Shown piece by piece: positions 46,500-55,005 of a stretch of 64,000 nucleotides of DNA. The notes under the pieces were generated by a model. That model saw only the letters and a list, made by a program, of their open reading frames with translations, searched no databases and was not told where the DNA came from. The stretch is from Patescibacteria group bacterium (lineage in GTDB: Bacteria; Patescibacteriota; Patescibacteriia; 2-01-FULL-39-33), in the NCBI GenBank assembly GCA_041671305.1, contig JBAZBX010000001.1, positions 40,821 to 104,820 on the forward strand, written 5' to 3'. The first letter of the stretch is position 1; every line of letters begins with the position of its first letter. Position numbers and translations under genes: made by a program.

Positions 46500-49217
46500 T
46501 TATTTCCCATGGCAATTCTTAAACTTTTTCCCGCTACCGCAAGGACACGGATCATTGCGGCCGACTTTTTCGCCATCATAGTGTGAGGAGTCTTTGATGA
46601 TTTTATCGGCCTTGCGCGCTTCCAGACCTTCATCACCAGCCATGGGAGATTGCATGCTGGATTCCTTGCTGGGCGCAGAGAATTGTAAATTGTGCTGTTG
46701 CATTTCATCTTGGGGCATCTCTTGAGGCGTCACCATGCCAATTTTATAGATACTAAAGGCAATCTGCTGATCAATCATAGAGAGCAATTCCTTAAACATA
46801 TTAAATGATTCTCTCTTATATTCCACCAATGGATCTCTCTGGCCGTAACCGCGCAGACCGATACCGGTTCTCATATATTGCATAGAGTCCAGATGTTCAA
46901 TCCACAAAGCATCAATGACTCGCAAAAGCATGCCCTGTTCCACCTGCCTCATCAATGGCGCTTCCGGACGTTGATTGGGCAACAAATTTATATGCTCTTC
47001 CAATTCATTATACTTTATAACTGCTTGCTTGATCAGATAACCAGTCAAAGCATCCTGGCCAGCTTCGTTCTGGCCATTATCATTTTCACGTCTTATTTCT
47101 TCCAATGTCTTCCTGGCTTCTTTTGGCAACGGGAAAATAGTGTCTGCCAGATTGTACAGTTCTTCCATATTCCATCTGCTTTCTTCCGGATCTTGCGTGT
47201 TAGACAAAACTATATTCTCAATCTCTTTTTCAATCGCTGAGAGAACTGCTTCCTTGGTATCGCCGCCATCAAGAATCAAACGCCTCTTTTTGTAAATCGT
47301 CTCTCTGTGCTTATTCATGACATCGTCATATTCCACCAGATGTTTTCTGATATCAAAATTATTGGTTTCCACTTTCTTCTGCGCCTGCTCAATGGATTTG
47401 GAAATCATCTTGTTTTCTATAGGCATATCATCCGGCATGCCCAAAGTCGTCATGATGGATTTCATTCTGTCTGAACCGAAAATTCTCATCAAATCATCAT
47501 CCATGGAAATATAAAATTGCGTGTCTCCAGGATCGCCTTGTCTTCCGGCGCGGCCTCTGAGCTGATTATCAATTCTTCTGGACTCATGCCGTTCAGTGCC
47601 GATAACACACAAACCTCCGACCTCTACCACTTTCCGATATTCTTCTTCATTGAATGGATATCCGCCAAGAATAATATCTACGCCACGACCAGCCATATTG
47701 GTCGCCACAGTCACAGCGCCGAATTTTCCGGCTTGAGCAATGATGTGCGCTTCTTTCTCATGATGCTTGGCATTGAGGATTTGGCAATCCACGCCCTCAC
47801 GAGCCAGAAGCTCTGCCAACAATTCATTTTTTTCAATAGAAACCGTACCGATAAGAATCGGCTGTCCCTTCTCGTGCCTTTCTTTTATCTCCCGCGCCAA
47901 GGCCTGGAACTTTCCGCTTTCATTCTTATAGACCCTGTCATTTAGATCGTACCTCACCATGGGCTTATTGGTCGGAATAATGACCACTTCCAATTTATAA
48001 ATTTTGGAAAATTCTTCCGCTTCGGTTGCAGCTGTTCCGGTCATGCCGGATAATTTCTCATACAAACGGAAATAATTTTGAAAGGACACGGTCGCCAAGG
48101 TTTTGCTTTCTTTCTGAACTTTCACTCCTTCTTTGGCTTCAATGGCCTGATGCAAACCTTCACTATATCTACGGCCAAACATCATCCTGCCAGTAAACTC
48201 ATCAATAATAATTATCTCGCCGTCTTGGACTACATAATCTTTGTCTTTTTTAAATAATGCCTGCGCTTTCAAAGCCTGTTCAATGTGATGCACTTCGCCT
48301 ATTCCTCGCTCGGTATAAATATTTCCCAAACCAAGCAACTTCTCCACCTTGGCGATTCCTTCTTCGGTCAAAGTCGCCGCTCTCATTTTCTCATCAATTT
48401 TATAATCTTCTTCCGGTACTAGTTTTTTTACTAATTGCGAGAACTGATAATACTTGTCGGTTGATTCCATGTCCGGAGCGGAAATGATGAGTGGCGTTCT
48501 GGCTTCATCAATTAAAATAGAATCAACTTCATCAACAATGGAATAATACAAATCACGCTGAACCATATCTTCTCTGGACTGAACCATATTGTCACGCAGG
48601 TAGTCAAAGCCGAATTCGTTGTTGGTGCCATAAAGAATGTCGCAGTTGTAAGCCTCTTTGCGAGCGCAAGGAACCAAATTTTGGACATCAAGCATCTCAT
48701 CTCCTTCTTGCTTGCCTCGCGCGCTGTCAAACTTGAAAGCGCTTTCATGCTGGATACAACCCACGCTCATGCCCAAAAAATCATAAACCCGTCCCATCCA
48801 GTCAGCATGGATTCTGGACAGATAATCATTGACTGTCACCAAATGCGCTCCCTTGCCGGCCAAAGCATTGAGATACATGGGACTGGTAGCGGTAAGAGTT
48901 TTTCCTTCACCAGTTCTCATTTCCGCAATCTGCCCGCGGTGAAGCACGATACCGCCGATAAGCTGAACATCAAAATGCCTTTGACCCAGAACTCTCTTGG
49001 AAGCTTCTCTCACCGTGGCGAAAGCTTCCGGTAAAATTTCATCCAAAGTTTTGCCTTCGGAGAGCATTTTACGAAGCTTGGGAGTCTGTGCTCTCAACTC
49101 TTCATCTGAGAGCTTCACCATCTCCGGTTCCAGTGCGTTTATCTCCTCAATTACGGGTCGCATGGACTTGACCACTTTCTCATTCGGATCACCAAAAACT
49201 TTGCTAATTATAGACAT
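46500..49217 (-). CDS. secA: Protein translocase subunit SecA
   Basis: MRTGEGKT, DEVDSILIDEARTPLIIS, SEC-C motif. Confidence 0.98.
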   Translation of the reverse strand: MSIISKVFGDPNEKVVKSMRPVIEEINALEPEMVKLSDEELRAQTPKLRKMLSEGKTLDEILPEAFATVREASKRVLGQRHFDVQLIGGIVLHRGQIAEMRTGEGKTLTATSPMYLNALAGKGAHLVTVNDYLSRIHADWMGRVYDFLGMSVGCIQHESAFKFDSARGKQEGDEMLDVQNLVPCARKEAYNCDILYGTNNEFGFDYLRDNMVQSREDMVQRDLYYSIVDEVDSILIDEARTPLIISAPDMESTDKYYQFSQLVKKLVPEEDYKIDEKMRAATLTEEGIAKVEKLLGLGNIYTERGIGEVHHIEQALKAQALFKKDKDYVVQDGEIIIIDEFTGRMMFGRRYSEGLHQAIEAKEGVKVQKESKTLATVSFQNYFRLYEKLSGMTGTAATEAEEFSKIYKLEVVIIPTNKPMVRYDLNDRVYKNESGKFQALAREIKERHEKGQPILIGTVSIEKNELLAELLAREGVDCQILNAKHHEKEAHIIAQAGKFGAVTVATNMAGRGVDIILGGYPFNEEEYRKVVEVGGLCVIGTERHESRRIDNQLRGRAGRQGDPGDTQFYISMDDDLMRIFGSDRMKSIMTTLGMPDDMPIENKMISKSIEQAQKKVETNNFDIRKHLVEYDDVMNKHRETIYKKRRLILDGGDTKEAVLSAIEKEIENIVLSNTQDPEESRWNMEELYNLADTIFPLPKEARKTLEEIRRENDNGQNEAGQDALTGYLIKQAVIKYNELEEHINLLPNQRPEAPLMRQVEQGMLLRVIDALWIEHLDSMQYMRTGIGLRGYGQRDPLVEYKRESFNMFKELLSMIDQQIAFSIYKIGMVTPQEMPQDEMQQHNLQFSAPSKESSMQSPMAGDEGLEARKADKIIKDSSHYDGEKVGRNDPCPCGSGKKFKNCHGK

Positions 49218-49289
49218 ATTTTATAATAATATTAGTTTATAAGATCAAATATATTCTACCAGAGAACGGTATTAATTTCAAATTTTAGT

Positions 49290-49330
49290 AAAAAAAATAT
49301 GGGGGCTCCTGACGGCAGGCGCTCCCCAAA
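49290..49330 (-). terminator. Terminator of the orphan gene
   Basis: GC-rich stem next to an A-tract. Confidence 0.55.
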
Positions 49331-49353
49331 TAAATTGTCCAATATGTTCGCGT

Positions 49354-49731
49354 TCACTCTTTTACAGTGAACATCAGCGGATTGGTGAACATCAGCGGAT
49401 TGTATGAACGCGGCTTACCGTGATATCCATCATGACCCTGGAATATCAACGTACCATGCTTGGTAATTTCTGCGATGACATACTCCGCTTTTGTATCGCG
49501 GTGGACGACGATTACGCCGACTGCCATCTTTTGTTTATCTATCCACTGTTGCATGGAATATTGCGCATTGGCGCAATTCTGAGCAGTGGAGTTAGTCTCT
49601 TCTCGCATAGCCACCGCCGCGAAATGCGTACTTATGGATCCGCTCTGACAAGTCATGCTTCCACCACGATACACCATCGCTTTTGCCAAACCCAGTTTTG
49701 ACATTTGGAACCTCCCTTCTCCCTTATCCAT
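49354..49731 (-). CDS. Orphan hypothetical protein (start may be 49704, after GGGAGG)
   Basis: Promoter TTGCAA-17-TATAAT at 49806-49778, SD and terminator. Confidence 0.6.
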   Translation of the reverse strand: MDKGEGRFQMSKLGLAKAMVYRGGSMTCQSGSISTHFAAVAMREETNSTAQNCANAQYSMQQWIDKQKMAVGVIVVHRDTKAEYVIAEITKHGTLIFQGHDGYHGKPRSYNPLMFTNPLMFTVKE

Positions 49732-49810
49732 CTTCTCGTTGTTTGAAGACCATTCTTACAAAGAATAGAACCAATTTATTATACCATAATATTATAAACT
49801 TTGCAAGACA

Positions 49811-49851
49811 AAAATAATCCACCCAGACGTTACGCTGAGGTGGATTATTTT
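49811..49851 (-). terminator. Intrinsic terminator after raiA
   Basis: AAAATAATCCACC...GGTGGATTATTTT. Confidence 0.75.
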
Positions 49852-49859
49852 AGAATAAT

Positions 49860-50162
49860 TTATTCCTGCTTTTTTTCTTTGTATTTTATCAATTCTTGTT
49901 TCATTTTGTCTTTTGCCTCGTTTATAGATTTTTCAATATTATCTGTTTCGGCTTCAGCTCTTAATACCGTGCCAGGAACCGTCAGATTAATTTCTGCACG
50001 GAAATTATCTCCATTTCTGTGATGAAAAGAAATAAGCCCTATTTCCACATCAACTTCAATAATATTGTCAAAATATTTAGTTAATCCTCCAACTTTTTCA
50101 TTGATCATCTCGTGAGCTTCCGGAGTGAGCTTGGCATTAGTGGCCTTGATATTAATTTTCAT
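49860..50162 (-). CDS. raiA: Ribosome hibernation factor HPF/RaiA
   Basis: MKINIKAT...FRAEINLTVPG..LRAEA. Confidence 0.88.
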   Translation of the reverse strand: MKINIKATNAKLTPEAHEMINEKVGGLTKYFDNIIEVDVEIGLISFHHRNGDNFRAEINLTVPGTVLRAEAETDNIEKSINEAKDKMKQELIKYKEKKQE

Positions 50163-50192
50163 GATTTTGTATTTTATTAATTAATTTAATAT

Positions 50193-51158
50193 TTAAAATC
50201 CCAGATATTCTATTTCCTCCATCAATTGCAAATCAAAAGTGTCTCTCACTTTCTGTTTTATAATGCTAATTAGCATAATTACGTTTTCCGCCGTCGCCCC
50301 TCCGATATTAATAATAATACCAGCATGATTTTCAAAAACTTTGGCATGGCCGATTTCTTTGCCTTTGAGTTCGCATTTATCAATCAACCAAGCAACTGGA
50401 ATTTTCCGATATTTTACATATTGATCGGGAAAATTCGGAAATTTTTCCTGAAACAGTTTAATTTCTTCTGCGCTAGTTTCTATATTCTTGAAAACACAAC
50501 CTGCCGAAAAACCCGCAAACTTCGGAGCCCTTTCGCTGATAATTTTTTTTACTCTTTCTCTAGCTTGATTAGTATCACTTTTTTGCAGTTTCATGGTGAC
50601 AGACAAAATTACATCTTTATTGCCATTCTTTTTGAAAACGCTTTCCCGATAACCAAATTCACAATCAGAAACGGACAAAGATTTGATCTTGCCATCACGC
50701 AAAACTTTTACTTCTATGATGTTTCTGCTCATATCACTGCCATAAGCTCCGGCATTTCCCCTGACTGCTCCTCCTATTGTGCCGGGAATTCCTGCCGCCC
50801 ACTCCAGACCGGAAAGACCTTCAGCCAATGACTGACTGAGCGCTTTGGCCAGAATTACTCCAGCCTCGCATTCAACAATTTCATCTTTTATGTTTAGACG
50901 ATCTCCGGACATCTTTATTACTAGTCCCGGATAGCCGTTATCACTGACTAATATATTGCTTCCGCCACCCAGGACGACATACGAAATCGCATTTTTCTCC
51001 GCCCAGGACAACACCTCCTGAAACTCTTCTAAATTTTGAATAACGGCGAAATACCTGGCCGGTCCGCCGATACGAAATGTGGTATGAGAAGACAACGGCT
51101 CATTTTCCATAAATCTTTCATTCAAAATTTCCTTTATTTTACTAGTATCTGAATTCAT
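50193..51158 (-). CDS. murB: UDP-N-acetylenolpyruvoylglucosamine reductase
   Basis: HTTFRIGG, LGGGSN, GIPGTIGGAVRGNAGAYG, SAGCVFKN. Confidence 0.96.
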   Translation of the reverse strand: MNSDTSKIKEILNERFMENEPLSSHTTFRIGGPARYFAVIQNLEEFQEVLSWAEKNAISYVVLGGGSNILVSDNGYPGLVIKMSGDRLNIKDEIVECEAGVILAKALSQSLAEGLSGLEWAAGIPGTIGGAVRGNAGAYGSDMSRNIIEVKVLRDGKIKSLSVSDCEFGYRESVFKKNGNKDVILSVTMKLQKSDTNQARERVKKIISERAPKFAGFSAGCVFKNIETSAEEIKLFQEKFPNFPDQYVKYRKIPVAWLIDKCELKGKEIGHAKVFENHAGIIINIGGATAENVIMLISIIKQKVRDTFDLQLMEEIEYLGF

Positions 51159-51343
51159 TATTTTTTTCTTTTATCAATTAATTTAATTTCTTTCTTTTTT
51201 TTGGTCTTAATATAATATCCGGATTGTTCCATCACCTGCCGTTGCTTGGCAAAACCAGTGCCTTTGACTTTCCGTTTCGGGCGCTTTTCCTGCTCTAGCT
51301 TGTTTTGTAAATTATATAAATCTTTTTCCATATAGACAAGCAA
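51158..51343 (-). CDS. Small basic hypothetical protein
   Basis: Fills the gap between murC and murB. Confidence 0.5.
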   Translation of the reverse strand: MLVYMEKDLYNLQNKLEQEKRPKRKVKGTGFAKQRQVMEQSGYYIKTKKKKEIKLIDKRKK

Positions 51344-51349
51344 CTTGAA

Positions 51350-52726
51350 TTATTTTTTCACTAGATTTTGGGCCACGTCATAGATATTACCTGCCCCCAT
51401 AATAAGTATTACGTCAAAATCACCTGCTTTGGTTCTAATTAAATTCTCGGTTTCGTTTAAACTGCCTCCGTAAACGGCATTAGCGCCTGAATTTTTGGCC
51501 TCTTCCGCCAACACCACGGAATTAATATCAAAATCCTCGGGCCTTTCCCGACCTTCTACATAGTAGATGTCGGAAATAATAGCCATATCCGCCAAGGAGA
51601 AACTCTGGACAAATTCATTGAACAAATTTTTTGTTCGCGCAAATTGGTGGGGCTGGAACACGACCAAAATCTTTTGGGAAGGAAAAAATTCCTTGGTTGC
51701 CTCAATGGTTTTATATACTGCGTCCGGCGTATGAGCATAATCGGTGATAAGAAGCGCCTTACCCAGATGACCAAGCTTTTCAAATCGTCTCCAAGCACCA
51801 TTAAATCCAGCCAAAGACGACCTAATCACTTCCCACCTAATGTTAAACTGCCTGGCAACCGCAATGGAGGCCAAAGCATCATAAACATTAAATCTGCCAG
51901 GGATATTAATAAAAAAATTCTCCCCAAAATTACCCCTCTGGAAAACATCAAAATATTGTTTACCGTTATTTAAGTGAATGCACTTGGCAGTAAAATCAGA
52001 TTCATTATCCAACCCGTAAGTTATTATTCTAGCCTGGCATTTTGCAGAAGCTTGGCTGGAATTTGAATCATCATTATTGATAACTAGCATGCCGTCGCCA
52101 GGCAATTTTTCAAAATACTTTTTGAAAGCCATCTTTATTTCTTTCGCATTTTTATAATAATCCAAATGATCTTCTCCAATATAAGTATTTACCGCCACCT
52201 TGGGATTGTAATTATCAAAGGCTCTTCTATATTCATCGCTTTCAAAAATAAAATATTTACTATTTCCGACCCTGGAATTGCCCCCAAGATAATCAGCTTT
52301 GCTTCCCAATATAATAGTTGGATCCATCCCGGCATCTACAAAAATTTTTCCCAGCATGGCGGTGGTAGTCGTTTTGCCATTGGTGCCGGAAATTCCTATA
52401 GCGTATTTATCTTTCATCAAAAATCCCAAAAGATCAGGATAAGTCAGGGTATTTATTTTTAACTTCCTGGCTTCCTGCCGTTCACAATTATCTTCCGGCA
52501 CAGCCACGCTATAAACCACCAGATCAATATCGTCTTTTATATTCTCGGATCTGTGTCCGATAATAATATTTATCCCTTCCTTGGATAATTGTTCCGTTAT
52601 CTCGCTTTCTGTGGCATCACTGCCGGAGACTTCCTTTTTTTGAAAATTCAAAACACGCGCCACCGCCGAAATGCCAATTCCACCAATGCCGACAAAATGT
52701 ATTTTTTTTATTTCCGATAAATCCAT
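51350..52726 (-). CDS. murC: UDP-N-acetylmuramate--L-alanine ligase
   Basis: HFVGIGGIG, GTNGKTTT, DYAHTP, FQPH. Confidence 0.96.
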   Translation of the reverse strand: MDLSEIKKIHFVGIGGIGISAVARVLNFQKKEVSGSDATESEITEQLSKEGINIIIGHRSENIKDDIDLVVYSVAVPEDNCERQEARKLKINTLTYPDLLGFLMKDKYAIGISGTNGKTTTTAMLGKIFVDAGMDPTIILGSKADYLGGNSRVGNSKYFIFESDEYRRAFDNYNPKVAVNTYIGEDHLDYYKNAKEIKMAFKKYFEKLPGDGMLVINNDDSNSSQASAKCQARIITYGLDNESDFTAKCIHLNNGKQYFDVFQRGNFGENFFINIPGRFNVYDALASIAVARQFNIRWEVIRSSLAGFNGAWRRFEKLGHLGKALLITDYAHTPDAVYKTIEATKEFFPSQKILVVFQPHQFARTKNLFNEFVQSFSLADMAIISDIYYVEGRERPEDFDINSVVLAEEAKNSGANAVYGGSLNETENLIRTKAGDFDVILIMGAGNIYDVAQNLVKK

Positions 52727-52732
52727 GCTGAT

Positions 52733-53803
52733 TTATTTATCTTTGACTATTGATTTAATTAAGCCGACCACATTTTTGGCTCCATCTTTGGCCATAATAT
52801 GAGATATATTTTCAGACAATAATTCGCTCTGACTCTTGCGGTTAGAAAACAAGTCTTTGATCACTCCAACAAACATAGCCGGCGTCAGGCTTTCTTGAGA
52901 AAGCACCAAAGCCGCTTCATGTTTTTGATAATAATGAGCGTTTAATTCTTGATGACTGTGAGGCATGGGTATTAAAATTGCCACCTTGCCCATTATAGAT
53001 AGCTCCGACAAAGTTGAAATGCCACACCTAGACACGACGATATCAGCCACGCACAAGGCCTCAATTAATTCTGAAGTCAAAAATTCAAATTGATGATAAT
53101 TATCAGACTGGACATCAATCTTTTTGCCATGACCAGTGACATGGATTATCTGGCAAAATTTAATCAAATCAGCAATAGCTTTTTCCATAATTTCATTAAT
53201 GCCCTTGGCTCCCGTGCCTCCCCCCATCACCAGAAGAATCGGGAGATCCGAATTCAATTTAAAAAATTCTCTGCTCTCGTCACGATTGCAATAATAAAAT
53301 TCTTGTCGCACCGGATTTCCGGTAAGCACCGTCTTTTTAGGATTAAAATCTTTGAGCGACACATCAAATGAAACCGTTATTTTCCTAGAAATATTGGCCA
53401 TCAACTTATTGGCTAAGCCGGCTACAATATCCTGCTGATGAACAATAACCGGAATATGGAGAAGCCATGCTGCATAAGCGACCGGTACGCCTACAAAAGC
53501 GCCAGCGACCATTACCGCCTCCGGTCTGAATTTCCAGACAATACCAAAGGCCTGAAAAAATCCCAAAATTATTTTGAATGGATCTGTAAAATTCTGCCAA
53601 CTGAAATATCTGCGAAATTTTCCTGATGAAATGGATTTAAACGGTATCTTGTAACTTTCTACGGCCTTCCTCTCCGGCCCGCTTTCCGTACCAATAAAAA
53701 GAAACTTATCACTGCCATGGCTACTTTTTTTAAACTCTTCATAAACTGCAATAAGCGGACTGACTGATCCCATGGTTCCACCGCCTGATAATAATATTTT
53801 CAT
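52733..53803 (-). CDS. murG: MurG N-acetylglucosaminyltransferase
   Basis: GGGTMGS, TGNPVR, HQELNA. Confidence 0.95.
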   Translation of the reverse strand: MKILLSGGGTMGSVSPLIAVYEEFKKSSHGSDKFLFIGTESGPERKAVESYKIPFKSISSGKFRRYFSWQNFTDPFKIILGFFQAFGIVWKFRPEAVMVAGAFVGVPVAYAAWLLHIPVIVHQQDIVAGLANKLMANISRKITVSFDVSLKDFNPKKTVLTGNPVRQEFYYCNRDESREFFKLNSDLPILLVMGGGTGAKGINEIMEKAIADLIKFCQIIHVTGHGKKIDVQSDNYHQFEFLTSELIEALCVADIVVSRCGISTLSELSIMGKVAILIPMPHSHQELNAHYYQKHEAALVLSQESLTPAMFVGVIKDLFSNRKSQSELLSENISHIMAKDGAKNVVGLIKSIVKDK

Positions 53804-53817
53804 ATGAATTTATTTAA

Positions 53818-54966
53818 TTAGCGATATGAATTCTGTTTGGATATATTAACCAAAATTCCGGCTGCTGCCAAGGAGGCCATAATGGAAGTGCCTCCGTATG
53901 AGATAAATGGCAAAGTCACTCCGGTAAGCGGTAAGATACCGACCATGGCGCCGATATTAAAAAATGCTTGGAATGCAAACCAAGAAATAATACCTACGAC
54001 CAACAATTTACCAAAAGTATCTTCACATCTTTGCGCCAGCTTGAGGCCTCTTATTGCCAAAAAGATAAAAACTGCCACAATAATTGAAGCGAAGATAAAT
54101 CCTAATTCTTCAGACACCACGGCAAATATGGAATCTCCGGTTACCTCGGGAAGATAATTGAACTTTTGTATAGAATGGCCATATCCCTTGCCAAACCATC
54201 CGCCGGATCCGACAGCCAGAAGCGCTTGGTTGATATGATACCCGGTTCCCAAAGGATCAAGTTCCGGATGCAAGAAAGTTGTAAATCTCTCTCCTCTATA
54301 CGGAGAGAATTTTATAAGTAAGGCCAAAGCACCCGCTCCCAAAACTCCGAGCCAGGTCAGATGAAGGACTTTTCCGCCAGCCGTAAAATATACCGACAGG
54401 GACATGAGAATTATAATCATCATAGTTCCGGTATCTGGCTCCAAAACAGTCAGCAGGGAAATTATTCCTAATACAAATAGAAACGGCACGAAACCATACT
54501 GAAAATTTTTGAGATGACTTTCCTCTTTGGATGAGAGCCAGGAAGCTAAATACAAAAGAAATGTCAGCTTTACTATTTCAGACGGCTGAATGGAAAAACC
54601 AAAAATATAAATCCAACTTCGTGAGGTTCCCCAACTGGCGCCGATACCTGGGATAAACACCAAAACCAAAAGCGCAATAGAAAACAAAAGAAGTCCAGGA
54701 GCATAATTTTTCAGTTTGCGATAATCAAACTTAGAAAAAAGAAACATCAAAATCAGACCCGGAATAACGCCGACTAATAATTGATGCTTAAAATAATAAT
54801 ATGGATCATGAAATTTCTGCCAACCTACGGCTACTCCGGCTGAACAAAGCATGATCAACCCGAAAGCGGTCAAGAATAAAATCGTACCAACCAAATACCA
54901 ATCTGGCTCATTAGTATCATGAAAAAAATATTTTTTTATCTTTTCAATTAATTTTTTGATAAGCAT
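53818..54966 (-). CDS. ftsW: SEDS peptidoglycan polymerase FtsW
   Basis: QPSEIVK, EPDTG, TGVTLPFISYGG. Confidence 0.93.
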   Translation of the reverse strand: MLIKKLIEKIKKYFFHDTNEPDWYLVGTILFLTAFGLIMLCSAGVAVGWQKFHDPYYYFKHQLLVGVIPGLILMFLFSKFDYRKLKNYAPGLLLFSIALLVLVFIPGIGASWGTSRSWIYIFGFSIQPSEIVKLTFLLYLASWLSSKEESHLKNFQYGFVPFLFVLGIISLLTVLEPDTGTMMIIILMSLSVYFTAGGKVLHLTWLGVLGAGALALLIKFSPYRGERFTTFLHPELDPLGTGYHINQALLAVGSGGWFGKGYGHSIQKFNYLPEVTGDSIFAVVSEELGFIFASIIVAVFIFLAIRGLKLAQRCEDTFGKLLVVGIISWFAFQAFFNIGAMVGILPLTGVTLPFISYGGTSIMASLAAAGILVNISKQNSYR

Positions 54967-55005
54967 ATTTTAATAATTACCTGCATTTGCAATGAGAGCA
55001 TTATG

